Below the pieces are notes generated by a model. The model made no database searches, was not told the origin of the DNA, and saw nothing but the letters and a program-made list of their open reading frames with translations. A DNA stretch of 63,986 nt, filler included. It is 6 parts of 6 records of this genome, joined end to end, with 100 filler letters (N's around TTAATTAATTAA, not from the genome) between each part and the next. Parts side by side here need not be neighbours in the genome. Positions count along the whole stretch, not along the records: positions 1 to 17,625 come from DRR723986_1813; 5 more parts are not named here. One strand, given 5' to 3'. Position 1 is the first letter of the stretch. Each line of letters starts with the position of its first letter. Of the stretch, positions 1-9,150 are shown one piece after another. Position numbers and translations under genes: made by a program.

Positions 1-59
1 AGCTCGTCGTCTTTGGTGTCATAGGTGCCGATCACCAAGATGGTTTTATCTGCGCTCAT
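1..59 (-). CDS. Tm-1-like ATP-binding (UPF0261) family protein, 5' fragment running off the window
   Basis: Manual translation from ATG at 59 gives MSADKTILVIGTYDTKDDEL, matching the GT(Y/L)DTK N-terminus of UPF0261 proteins. ATGA overlap with the kinase stop at 56-59. Confidence 0.75.
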   Translation of the reverse strand, partial: MSADKTILVIGTYDTKDDE

Positions 60-1003
60 GCGGATCCTCCGTTTACAAACCCTTCAGCAAAAAACTGGGC
101 GGTGGCTATGGCACGCTGGCTGCGCGCAGCGGCGCCTGGTTCGCCCAGCCGGTCGATCACCCACCCCACATAGGTGAGCGCGCGCAACACCAGCATCAAA
201 TCCAGCAATTCGGGCGCCACCACGCGCCGCTGGGCGTAGCCCTGCAACAGCGCCGTGCGGATCTGGGGGTAATCGGGCGCATCGATCTGGCGCATCAAAA
301 ACGTGGCCAGCTCGAAATCGCGAAAGCCCCAGCCGCCATCGTCAAAATCGATCAGGTAAATTTGCCCGCCATCCACCAGAATATTTTCGGTAATGGCATC
401 AGCATGGATCAAGCCGTAATCCATATCGCCCGCGCGTTGCGCCAAGATCTGGCGCGCCTTGTCGCGGGCCTGCAGCAGCAGCTGGCGCTGTGGCGCGTCT
501 AAATCGGGATGCGCCCAATATGGCCCCCAAAGCGGGCGATCCCCCACCAGCCCCGCACCATCCCATGCGGGGCGCTGAAAACCCGCAGGCGGCGCCCATG
601 CATCGGATATATCATGCAGACGCGCCAGCAAGGCGCCCAATGCGCGGGCAAACCCGCAGCGGTCTGTCACCACCTCTAGCTGGCCTTGCGCCCCCAGCAT
701 CTGGCCCGGCAACCACGACAGCACATCGTATTGCACGCCCTCTATGGTTTCCACGTAATTGCCCCGGATCGAGCGTTCGGGCTGCGGCACAGCCAGGCCA
801 TGGGCGGCCAAATGCGCCATCCAATCGAGTTCCGACAAAAGCTGGGCATCGCTGCGATAGCCTGCCCGGTGTTGGCGCAGGGCAAAACGGCCCTTGGGGG
901 TATCGGCGCGAAAGACGATATTTTCACGCTGCGCGGCCAGCATAATATGGGCCGGATCCAACTGCCAAAGGGCGGCCGCGCGCAGGGGCAGGGGCGCGCT
1001 CAT
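56..1003 (-). CDS. APH/homoserine kinase type II-fold phosphotransferase (putative amino-alcohol kinase)
   Basis: 315 aa with catalytic IHADAITENIL (HxD) and LIDFDD motifs. ATGA-coupled to both neighbours. Confidence 0.85.
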   Translation of the reverse strand: MSAPLPLRAAALWQLDPAHIMLAAQRENIVFRADTPKGRFALRQHRAGYRSDAQLLSELDWMAHLAAHGLAVPQPERSIRGNYVETIEGVQYDVLSWLPGQMLGAQGQLEVVTDRCGFARALGALLARLHDISDAWAPPAGFQRPAWDGAGLVGDRPLWGPYWAHPDLDAPQRQLLLQARDKARQILAQRAGDMDYGLIHADAITENILVDGGQIYLIDFDDGGWGFRDFELATFLMRQIDAPDYPQIRTALLQGYAQRRVVAPELLDLMLVLRALTYVGWVIDRLGEPGAAARSQRAIATAQFFAEGFVNGGSA

Positions 1004-2319
1004 GTAGCCAAATCGCCCATGGGCGCGGGTGGGGTTTGGGGCGCTGTTTCGGCCAAAACCGCATCCAGCGCCGCGATCATCTGATCGACATTGTCGCGCG
1101 AGAACACCATGGGCGGGCGCATTTTCAGCACATTTTTGTGCTTGCCCAGAAAATTCAGCAGCACGCCGCGCTGGCGCATGCCATTGGCCACCGCTTTGGT
1201 ATAATCGGCGGCGGGGGTTTTGCTGGTGCGATCTGTCACCAGCTCTACCCCAAAAAACAGCCCCGCACCGCGCACATCGCCAATGCTGTCATGGCGGGCG
1301 GCCAGTTCCTGCAGGCAGGATTTGGCATAGGCGCCAACCGCCTGTGCATTGGCCTGCAACCCCTCGTCTTGCACCACCTGCAGCGTGGCCATCGCCGCCG
1401 CACAAGATACCGGGTTGCCACCAAAGGTGTTGAAATAGCGGAAATTTTCGCGAAACGCATACATCGTGTCACGCGGCGCCACCACCGCGGCCACCGGGTG
1501 GCCATTGGCCATGGGCTTGCCAATGGTGACGATATCGGGGGTAAAGCCGATTTTCTCGTGCCCCCAGAAATGGCTGCCCAAACGGCCAAAGCCCGGTTGC
1601 ACCTCGTCGGCGATAATCAGACCGCCGGCACGGCGCACCACCTCGATTGTGGGGTCCAGCCAGCCTGCGGGCAGATCGGGAAAGCCTTCGTTTGCAAAAA
1701 ACGGGCACAAGATCAGCGCCGAAAACCCATGGGGCGTGGTTTCAAGATGGGCAATCTGCTGGGCCACGGCATTGGCAAAGGCCTGCGCATGGGGCAGGCC
1801 CGCCTGCCCCCCCAGCGGGCGATAGCTGTCGGGGGCGGGCACGAATGCGACGCTGTCCCAATACCCGCCCGGCGGCGGGTTTGAGCGCGACAGCTGATGC
1901 ACCGCGGTGGTGTTGCCGTGATAGGTGTGATCGGTGGCGATCACCCCGGTTTTACCCGTCAGGGCCTGCGCCATGCGCAAAGCCACGTCATTTGCCTCGG
2001 ATCCGGTGCAGCACATCAGCGCGGTGTCAAAGCTGGGGCCAAAGGTGGCGGTCAGCGCCTCGACATAATCCAAAATGCCTTCGTGCATATAGCGGGTATG
2101 GGTGTTCAGCGTGGCGGCTTGCTGGGCGATGGCCTGCACCACCTTGGGGTGGCAATGGCCCACATGCGGCACGTTATTGTAGCAATCAAGGTATTTGCGC
2201 CCTTGGGCATCCCACAGCCACACGCCCTGCCCCCGCACCAGATGCACGGGATCTTCGTAGAAGGTCGACATATTCGGCCCCAACAGGCGGGCGCGGCGGG
2301 CCTCTAAGGTTTCGCTCAT
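1000..2319 (-). CDS. Class III PLP aminotransferase-fold enzyme, AGXT2L/phospho-lyase subgroup
   Basis: YLDCYNNVPHVGHCHP, ADEVQPGFGR, PLP-lysine DIVTIGKPMANG and YFNTFGGNPVSCA resemble ethanolamine-phosphate and phosphohydroxylysine phospho-lyases. Confidence 0.85.
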   Translation of the reverse strand: MSETLEARRARLLGPNMSTFYEDPVHLVRGQGVWLWDAQGRKYLDCYNNVPHVGHCHPKVVQAIAQQAATLNTHTRYMHEGILDYVEALTATFGPSFDTALMCCTGSEANDVALRMAQALTGKTGVIATDHTYHGNTTAVHQLSRSNPPPGGYWDSVAFVPAPDSYRPLGGQAGLPHAQAFANAVAQQIAHLETTPHGFSALILCPFFANEGFPDLPAGWLDPTIEVVRRAGGLIIADEVQPGFGRLGSHFWGHEKIGFTPDIVTIGKPMANGHPVAAVVAPRDTMYAFRENFRYFNTFGGNPVSCAAAMATLQVVQDEGLQANAQAVGAYAKSCLQELAARHDSIGDVRGAGLFFGVELVTDRTSKTPAADYTKAVANGMRQRGVLLNFLGKHKNVLKMRPPMVFSRDNVDQMIAALDAVLAETAPQTPPAPMGDLAT

Positions 2320-3800
2320 AGCTGGATCCAGGCGGTTTTCAGATCAAAGTATTTATCAAAGGCATGCAGCGATTTGTCATGCCCGTTCCCCGATTGCTTG
2401 GTGCCACCAAGGGGCACGGTATTATCGCTGCCACCATAGGTGTTGACATGTATCACACCCGCCTTGATGCCCGCCACCATGCGATGCGCGCGCGATAGGT
2501 TCGATGTCCATACACCCGCGGCCAGCCCGTAATCTGTGGCATTGGCCAGCGCCAGCGCCTCGGCCTCGGTGTCAAAGGCGGTGACGGCCAGCACCGGGCC
2601 AAACACCTCGTGGCGGAAAACCCGGTCTTGGGGGCCCACGCCGGTGAGAATGGTGGGCTGCATGTAATAGCCGCCGGTTTCTTTCAAAATCTGCTGACCA
2701 CCCAGCGCCACATCTATGCCAGCTGCACGCGCCTCGGCCACAAAGCCCAGATTGCCCTGCAGCTGGCGCGCCGAATTGATCGCGCCCACCTGAGTGCCAG
2801 GCGCCAGCGGGTCGCCCACGCGCAGGGCTGCCGCAGCCTGGGCCAGCATTTCGACAAATTGATCATGCACGCCACGCTGCACCAACAGGCGCGATCCGGC
2901 CACGCAGACCTGGCCCGAGTTTCGAAAAATACCCATGGCGCTGACCTGCGCGGCCTGTGCCAGATCGGCGGTATCGTCAAACACGATATTGGGCGATTTG
3001 CCCCCCAGCTCTAGATACACCCGTTTCAGATTTGAGCGCGCCGCGTATTCCAGCAGCCGCCGCCCCACGCCGCCCGAGCCGGTGAAGACCAGCACATCAA
3101 CATCATGGTTCAGCGCCAGCGCCTCGCCGGTGATCTGGCCGGGGCCTGTGACCACGTTGAACACGCCATCGGGCAGGCCGCATTCCTGGCAGATTTCGGC
3201 CAACCGCAGCAAGGCAAGCGAGGCGGTTTCAGCCGGTTTCAGCACCACAGAATTGCCCGCAGCCAATGCCGGGGCAATTTTCCACGCGCCTATCATCAGC
3301 GGAAAGTTCCACGGCACAATGGCGCCCACCACGCCCACAGGCTGGCGGTGCACCAGGCCCAACACATCAGGGGCGGTGGGGGCAATTTCGCCATAGATTT
3401 TATCCAGCGCCTCGGCGTAATAGCGAAAACTGCCCGCGGCCGAGCCCGGCTCGGCCTTGAGCGCCATGGCCAGTTCGGTGCCATTGTCGCGCACACCCAA
3501 AACCGCCAGTTCCAACGCCTCGGCCTGGATGCGATCGGCGATTTTCAGCAGCACCGCCTTGCGTTGGGCCGGGGCCATGCGCGCCCAGCGCCCATCATCA
3601 AAGGCCCGGCGCGCCGCCGCACAAGCCCGCGCCACATCGCCGGCATCGGCGGTTTCCAGCGTGGTTAGTTTTTGTCCGTCGATGGGCGAGATAACATCGA
3701 GCGGCGCGCCCGCACCTGTTTGCCACGTTCCGTCAATAAAAAGTTTCTGCGCCGCGATAGATGCGCCTCGAAGCGCGTCGATGCGTGTTTGATCGCCCAT
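2316..3800 (-). CDS. NAD-dependent aldehyde dehydrogenase (PuuC-like)
   Basis: PWNFP, FTGS, LELGGKSP, catalytic GQVC, EVFGP; C-terminal DKSLHAFDKY..LKTAWIQL typical of the PuuC subgroup. Confidence 0.9.
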   Translation of the reverse strand: MGDQTRIDALRGASIAAQKLFIDGTWQTGAGAPLDVISPIDGQKLTTLETADAGDVARACAAARRAFDDGRWARMAPAQRKAVLLKIADRIQAEALELAVLGVRDNGTELAMALKAEPGSAAGSFRYYAEALDKIYGEIAPTAPDVLGLVHRQPVGVVGAIVPWNFPLMIGAWKIAPALAAGNSVVLKPAETASLALLRLAEICQECGLPDGVFNVVTGPGQITGEALALNHDVDVLVFTGSGGVGRRLLEYAARSNLKRVYLELGGKSPNIVFDDTADLAQAAQVSAMGIFRNSGQVCVAGSRLLVQRGVHDQFVEMLAQAAAALRVGDPLAPGTQVGAINSARQLQGNLGFVAEARAAGIDVALGGQQILKETGGYYMQPTILTGVGPQDRVFRHEVFGPVLAVTAFDTEAEALALANATDYGLAAGVWTSNLSRAHRMVAGIKAGVIHVNTYGGSDNTVPLGGTKQSGNGHDKSLHAFDKYFDLKTAWIQL

Positions 3801-5284
3801 TTTTCTTCCCTAAGCTCCTTACGATCCAGCCAGACACGGCGGAAATGCAGCGCCAAAACGCCCAAGATCATCACAAACAGAATAAAGGCGATGGGCCGGT
3901 CGATGAAATCCAGCGGGCTTTTCACCCGCGCCATGCCAGCGCGCAGCTTCACCTCCATGATACCGCCCAAAACCATACCCAGAATAATCGGCACCGAAGG
4001 CAGCGAGAGGCGTTTCAGCACGAAACCGATCAGCCCAAACACAGCCGCAATGATGCAATCTGTCACCGAATTGCGCAGGCTATAAACCCCCACAAAACTA
4101 AGGGTCAAAATGCAAACGCCCAAAAACCTGTTGGGCAGCTTCACAACCCGTATCAAATGGTTCGTGGCAAACAGCAAAAAGACCAAAACCAGCACATTCA
4201 ACAGCAGCAACGCCAGATAGAGTGCCACAACGAATGGCATATCGTTTTGAAACAGCTGCGGCCCCGGCACCACGTTATGCACATAAAAGACCGACAGCAT
4301 CATCGCCGTCAGCGCCTCGCCGGGAATGCCCAGCGCCAACAAGGGCACCATAGCGGCGGCTGGCACCGCGTTATTCGATGTTTCGGCCGCAATCAGCCCC
4401 TCGGACGAGCCCTGGCCGAAATCTTCGGGCCGTTTCGAGGTTTTTTGCGCATAGGTGTAGGATAAAAACTGCGCGGTAAATTCGCCAACCCCGGGGATCA
4501 TGCCCATCAGCACGCCAAAGCTGGCCGATACGGTGGCCACACGCGGGTGGCGTGCCAATTCGCGCAAGCCCTGGAACAGCCCGCCTTTTAGCTTGGTGAT
4601 GCGGGTCTTTTCATCTTCGCCCTGCAACAGATAAAAGGCCTGACTTAGCGCAAACAGCCCCAGCACCACCACAATCAGGTTGATGCCCGAAGACAAAAAC
4701 GCCTGATCGAATGTGTAGCGCTTGGTGTATTTCACCGCCTCTAGCCCGATCGAGTTAATGAAAATGCCAAAACAGGCCAGGGCCGCGGCAATCAGGGTTT
4801 GGCGACGATGCGCCGTGACCACCAGAATAATGCCCAAAAGCGCTGCCAGAAATATCTCGCGGCTGCCAAACATCGGGGCGATACGGGCCAGGATCGGGGC
4901 AAAGAAAATCAGGCAGAGCACCGAAAAGATGCCACCAAAAAACGAGGCAGAATAGGCCAGGCTAAGCGCCCGGCGCGCCTCGCCGCGGCTGGTCATCGGG
5001 AAGCCGTCATAGGTGGTCAGCGCGTTGACAGCCGTGCCCGGCGTGTTGATCAAAATCGCCGGAATAGCACCGCCATACATTGAACTGCCATAGATGCCCA
5101 ACAGCACGGTCAGCCCAACAATCGGGTCCATGCTAAAGGTGGCGGGCAGCAAAATGGCAATCGCCACCGCAGGGCCCACGCCGGGGATGGCACCAATCAA
5201 CACCCCCCCGACCGAGCCGGTCAGCAGCGCCAAAATCACATCCCATCGCATCAAGATTTCGATGCTGGCAAGAAAAACGTCCAT
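3665..5284 (-). CDS. tctA: Tripartite tricarboxylate transporter permease TctA (apparent C-terminal read-through into the ALDH gene)
   Basis: Multi-TM protein with G.LIGAIPGVG, INTPGT, AAETSNNA and LALGIPG motifs. Overlaps the ALDH gene by 136 bp. Confidence 0.88.
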   Translation of the reverse strand: MDVFLASIEILMRWDVILALLTGSVGGVLIGAIPGVGPAVAIAILLPATFSMDPIVGLTVLLGIYGSSMYGGAIPAILINTPGTAVNALTTYDGFPMTSRGEARRALSLAYSASFFGGIFSVLCLIFFAPILARIAPMFGSREIFLAALLGIILVVTAHRRQTLIAAALACFGIFINSIGLEAVKYTKRYTFDQAFLSSGINLIVVVLGLFALSQAFYLLQGEDEKTRITKLKGGLFQGLRELARHPRVATVSASFGVLMGMIPGVGEFTAQFLSYTYAQKTSKRPEDFGQGSSEGLIAAETSNNAVPAAAMVPLLALGIPGEALTAMMLSVFYVHNVVPGPQLFQNDMPFVVALYLALLLLNVLVLVFLLFATNHLIRVVKLPNRFLGVCILTLSFVGVYSLRNSVTDCIIAAVFGLIGFVLKRLSLPSVPIILGMVLGGIMEVKLRAGMARVKSPLDFIDRPIAFILFVMILGVLALHFRRVWLDRKELREEKWAIKHASTRFEAHLSRRRNFLLTERGKQVRARRSMLSRPSTDKN

Positions 5285-5292
5285 TTTGGCCC

Positions 5293-5823
5293 CTAGAAAT
5301 TCAGGATGAAAAAGCTGCGCAATCCACCGGGCAGGTATTCGTAAACCGCAGCACCCGGGATTTTGACCTGCAAGACAGCCTTAAACAAAACCACAACCAC
5401 CACCCCAAACAAGACACCGGCCCAAAGGATGGGCGCGCGGCGATAGCCCATGCGCCACAGCATCAAGGGCACAAAAGCCATTGTTACCGGCAAATAGCCA
5501 AGGCGCGGCACCAGCAACACATAGGCGATGAACCACAGCGCATATTCCAAGGGCTGGGCCCAAATGCGCGCCTCGTTCAGATCGGTGCGCTGCGGGCGGC
5601 GGCGCGGCAAGCGCCACAGGTGCAAGCCCCCAAACAGCACCATCCCCCCCAGCCCAATGGCGGGCCAGAACCGGGGTTGGGCAAAAAATGCCGTTTTCTT
5701 TACCCATTTTGTTTCTTGGCCTATCTGCGACAGCAAGACTGCCGAAAAAGCCAAAAAGCCAAGTGCAAAGATAGTTTGACCGCTGATGCGGCCAATGAAC
5801 CTGCGCTGTTCAGGCGTGCTCAT
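5293..5823 (-). CDS. tctB: TTT small membrane subunit TctB
   Basis: 176 aa, about 4 TM segments, PRFWP and LGY motifs, located between tctC and tctA. Confidence 0.8.
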   Translation of the reverse strand: MSTPEQRRFIGRISGQTIFALGFLAFSAVLLSQIGQETKWVKKTAFFAQPRFWPAIGLGGMVLFGGLHLWRLPRRRPQRTDLNEARIWAQPLEYALWFIAYVLLVPRLGYLPVTMAFVPLMLWRMGYRRAPILWAGVLFGVVVVVLFKAVLQVKIPGAAVYEYLPGGLRSFFILNF

Positions 5824-5850
5824 TTACCAAAGGCCCTACAAGATAGGCAT

Positions 5851-5872
5851 GGGCCGGGGCATGCCCCGGCCC
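5851..5872. repeat. Perfect 22-bp GC-rich palindrome between tctC and tctB (likely mRNA-stabilising hairpin)
   Basis: GGGCCGGGGCATGCCCCGGCCC is its own reverse complement; no U-tract follows. Confidence 0.6.
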
Positions 5873-5879
5873 TGCCGAA

Positions 5880-6821
5880 TTAGTTCAGCATGGCACCAAT
5901 GCGGGCCACGGTTTCAATGTCTTTGGCCACACGCGCGGCGCTGTCTTCGGCGCCCTGCCAATAGACCAGCGCGCCGGTTTCTTTGGCAATCGCCTGCGCC
6001 CGATCGCTGGTGACGGTTTTTTGCGCCACTTTGATGATCTTTTCGCGCACGTCTTGGGGGGTGTCTTTGGTCACAAACAGCCCGTTCCACAAGGCGATAT
6101 CAAGGTTTGCGTCTACCTCGCCCGCGGTGGGCGCATCAGGCACCAGCGAAATACGCTCGTCGGTGATCGACACCAGAACCTTTACCTGATCCAGGCAGGG
6201 CAGGATCAGCTGTAGGGTTGTGTTGATCACATCTGCATCGCCCGAGGCCAGCGTGTTGCAGTCCAGCGCATCAAAGGCGGCATCGCTGCCCCATTCAAAG
6301 CCTTTGGAAACCGCCAATGCCTTGGTCACTTGCGTGGGCGTCAGCGGGTCGCCGAAATGGCCCAGGGCCACGTCGTTGTTTTTGGCATAGGCGGCCAGCT
6401 CTTCCATGTTGGAATAGGGCGCATCACCCTTTGTGGCGATGACGAAAGGATAGGTCAGGAAAATACCCAGCGGGTCAAAGCGCGCGGGCGTCAGCTCGTC
6501 GATGCCAATCTGATGGCCCACAACCGGCACACCGATCACGAAAGAGCCGATGGTGTAGCCATCTGCCGGGGCCTGCGCCACCTCGATTGCACCGGGGAAG
6601 GGGCCGCCGCCGCCGCCGGGCTTGTTCACCACAGCTGCGGATACACCGTATTCGGCCTGGAAATCTTCGGCGATCATCCGGGTCAGGACATCTTCCAAAT
6701 CACCGGGGGGCCAGGGCACGATAAAGCTGACCGGCTTCTCGGGGTATTCAGCCACAGCAGCACCGCCCATGGCCGCCATTGCCACAGCCAGCGCACCGCC
6801 CAAAAGCGTATTGAGTTTCAT
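5880..6821 (-). CDS. tctC: TTT periplasmic substrate-binding protein TctC
   Basis: Signal peptide, YPEKPVSFIVPWPPG, VVNKPGGGG and ADGYT motifs. ATG at 6821 is preceded by a GGGAGA RBS. Confidence 0.88.
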   Translation of the reverse strand: MKLNTLLGGALAVAMAAMGGAAVAEYPEKPVSFIVPWPPGDLEDVLTRMIAEDFQAEYGVSAAVVNKPGGGGGPFPGAIEVAQAPADGYTIGSFVIGVPVVGHQIGIDELTPARFDPLGIFLTYPFVIATKGDAPYSNMEELAAYAKNNDVALGHFGDPLTPTQVTKALAVSKGFEWGSDAAFDALDCNTLASGDADVINTTLQLILPCLDQVKVLVSITDERISLVPDAPTAGEVDANLDIALWNGLFVTKDTPQDVREKIIKVAQKTVTSDRAQAIAKETGALVYWQGAEDSAARVAKDIETVARIGAMLN

Positions 6822-6852
6822 TTTCTGTCTCCCTGTTAACATTTTGCTGGTC

Positions 6853-6913
6853 GGTTCATTATTTGAACCATTGGTTCTAATTCAGATTGACAGATGGCTT
6901 GTATTTCTGTCAA
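6853..6913. promoter_or_regulatory. Divergent promoter region with inverted repeats (candidate IclR operator)
   Basis: GGTTCA-N5-TGAACC (6853-6869), GAACCA-T-TGGTTC (6865-6877) and TTGACAGA-N11-TCTGTCAA (6887-6913; a TTGACA on each strand). Confidence 0.5.
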
Positions 6914-6998
6914 CACGTTTAAAAGCCAAACCATAAATTTACGGCCCAGCCCCCTGCGCTGCGCCGCAAACCGCCCAAAAACAAGGCCCTAAAAGACG

Positions 6999-7769
6999 AT
7001 GGGAACTGTCACTAAAGCATTGCAGCTGCTAACACTTTTTAGCCGCGCACAGCCTTTGATCGGCCTAAGCGACATGGCGCGCCTTGCGGGTATGAACAAG
7101 GCCAGCGTGCACCGGATGCTGGGCGAATTGCAGGCGGCAGGATTCGTGGAACAGGTGGGCAGCGGGCGGCAGTATCGGCTGGGCCCGGTCTATATGCGGC
7201 TGGCAGCATTGCGCGAACACGCGGTGCCGCTGCGCGATGTTGTGGGCGCGGTGCTGCAGCAGCTGTGCGATGAAACCCAGGAAACCGCGCATTTTTCGCT
7301 GCTGCAGGGCACGCAACTGGTGGCCACAACCCATGCCTATAGTCCCCATCATGGCACCCGCGTCACCATGGAAGACGCGCAAATTCTCACGCTGCATGGC
7401 ACCTCGTCGGGCCTGGCGGTGCTGGCCTATGCCAGCCCGGATTTTGCGCGCGCGGTGCTAGAGGCCCCGCTGCCGGCACGCACGAAACACACCATCACCA
7501 ACCCAGACGAGCTGCGCGCCAAGCTGGCGCAAGTGCAAAAAAATGGCATCGCCGAATCGATCAGCGGCTTTGAAGAAGATGTGCATTCCCACGCCGCGCC
7601 AATCTTTGATGCCCAGGGCCAGCCCTTGGGCGCCATCGCCGTGGCCGCCCCCGTGGCCCGTATGGATGACACGCTGCGCCAAACAGTGCGCCGCGCCACG
7701 CAAGAGGCCGGCCTGCACCTGACACGCCTATTGGGTGGGTTTCCGCCTGACACATACCCAACCCCTTGA
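6999..7769 (+). CDS. IclR family transcriptional regulator
   Basis: N-terminal HTH (TVTKALQLL...GMNKASVHRML); C-terminal effector domain with TSSG and AAPIFD. Confidence 0.92.
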   Translation: MGTVTKALQLLTLFSRAQPLIGLSDMARLAGMNKASVHRMLGELQAAGFVEQVGSGRQYRLGPVYMRLAALREHAVPLRDVVGAVLQQLCDETQETAHFSLLQGTQLVATTHAYSPHHGTRVTMEDAQILTLHGTSSGLAVLAYASPDFARAVLEAPLPARTKHTITNPDELRAKLAQVQKNGIAESISGFEEDVHSHAAPIFDAQGQPLGAIAVAAPVARMDDTLRQTVRRATQEAGLHLTRLLGGFPPDTYPTP

Positions 7770-7789
7770 AACCCCACGGAGACAAACGG

Positions 7790-9142
7790 ATGAAAGACGG
7801 CAACTTTTTGAAAGAACACAATGCCCGCTCCATGTGGCACCCCATGGCCCACCCTGCCGATAGCCTGGCCAACCCGCCCACCATCATCACCCGCGCCCAA
7901 GGCGTGCGCATCACCGACGTGGATGGCCACGAGGTGGTTGACGCCGTAGGCGGGCTTTGGAACGTGAATTTGGGCTTTTCCTGTCAGCCTGTGAAAGATG
8001 CCATTGCCGCCCAGCTGGATGTGCTGCCCTATTATTCTACCTTCCGCGGCACCAGCAATGACGCGGTGATCGAACTGTCAGAGGGCCTGCGCGATTTCTT
8101 TGCCCCCGATGGGCTGGTGCGTGCCTTTTACACCTCGGGCGGGTCGGATTCGGTGGAAACCGCGCTGCGGCTTGCCCGGCAATACCACAAAATCCGCGGC
8201 GAGGCGGGGCGGGTTAAGTTCCTCAGCCTGAAAAAGGGCTATCACGGCACGCATTTCGGCGGCGCCAGTGTGAACGGAAACGCCAATTTCCGCACCCAAT
8301 ACGAGCCGCTGTTGCCGGGCTGTCACCATATTCCGGCGCCCTATACCTATCGCAACCCGTTCAATGAAACCGATCCCGCAAAGCTGGCCGCGCTGTGCCT
8401 GTCGGCGCTGGAAGACGAGATCGCCTTTCAAGGTGCGGGCACCATTGCCGCGATGATCATGGAGCCGGTCTTGGGCGCGGGCGGCGTGATACCGCCCCAT
8501 GAAAGCTTTATGCCCGGCGTGCGTGCGATCTGCGATCGCCACGGCATTTTGCTGATTGCCGACGAGGTGATCACCGCCTTTGGCCGCACCGGTAGCTGGA
8601 CAGGCAGCCGCCACTGGGGCGTGCAACCCGATTTGATGTGCACCGCCAAGGCCATTACCAACGGCTATTTCCCGTTTGGCGCTGTGATGATTTCAGGCGC
8701 CGTGGCAGAGGTGTTTGAAAACGATCGCAGCGGCGCGGCGGCCATTGGCCACGGCTATACCTATTCAGGCCACCCGGTGGGGGCGGCGGCCGCCATTGCG
8801 TGCCTGGCCGAAACGCAGCGGCTGAACGTGCCAGAAAACGCCGCCGCCCGCGGGGCGCAACTGTTTGCGGGGCTGCAGGGGCTGCAGGAAAAATACAGCG
8901 TCATCGGCGATGTGCGTGGCGGCCATGGGCTGATGTGCGCGCTAGAGCTGGTGGCCGATCGCGGCACAAAAGCGCCCATCGACAAAGCCGTGATCGGGCG
9001 CGTGCAAGAGGTGGCCTATCAGGCAGGCGCGATGGTGCGGGTCTCGGGGAATAATATCATCATGTCGCCGCCGCTGGTGCTGAGCGCCCAGGATGTGCAG
9101 GTGATTTTGGCCGCCCTAGACGCAGGGCTGGCCACAACATAA
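7790..9142 (+). CDS. Class III (omega-amine/polyamine:pyruvate-type) aminotransferase
   Basis: DAVGGLWNVNLG, SGGSDSVE, YHG, ADEVITAFGRTG and TAKAIT motifs. ATG at 7790 follows GGAG. Confidence 0.88.
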   Translation: MKDGNFLKEHNARSMWHPMAHPADSLANPPTIITRAQGVRITDVDGHEVVDAVGGLWNVNLGFSCQPVKDAIAAQLDVLPYYSTFRGTSNDAVIELSEGLRDFFAPDGLVRAFYTSGGSDSVETALRLARQYHKIRGEAGRVKFLSLKKGYHGTHFGGASVNGNANFRTQYEPLLPGCHHIPAPYTYRNPFNETDPAKLAALCLSALEDEIAFQGAGTIAAMIMEPVLGAGGVIPPHESFMPGVRAICDRHGILLIADEVITAFGRTGSWTGSRHWGVQPDLMCTAKAITNGYFPFGAVMISGAVAEVFENDRSGAAAIGHGYTYSGHPVGAAAAIACLAETQRLNVPENAAARGAQLFAGLQGLQEKYSVIGDVRGGHGLMCALELVADRGTKAPIDKAVIGRVQEVAYQAGAMVRVSGNNIIMSPPLVLSAQDVQVILAALDAGLATT

Positions 9143-9150
9143 GGCCAAGC

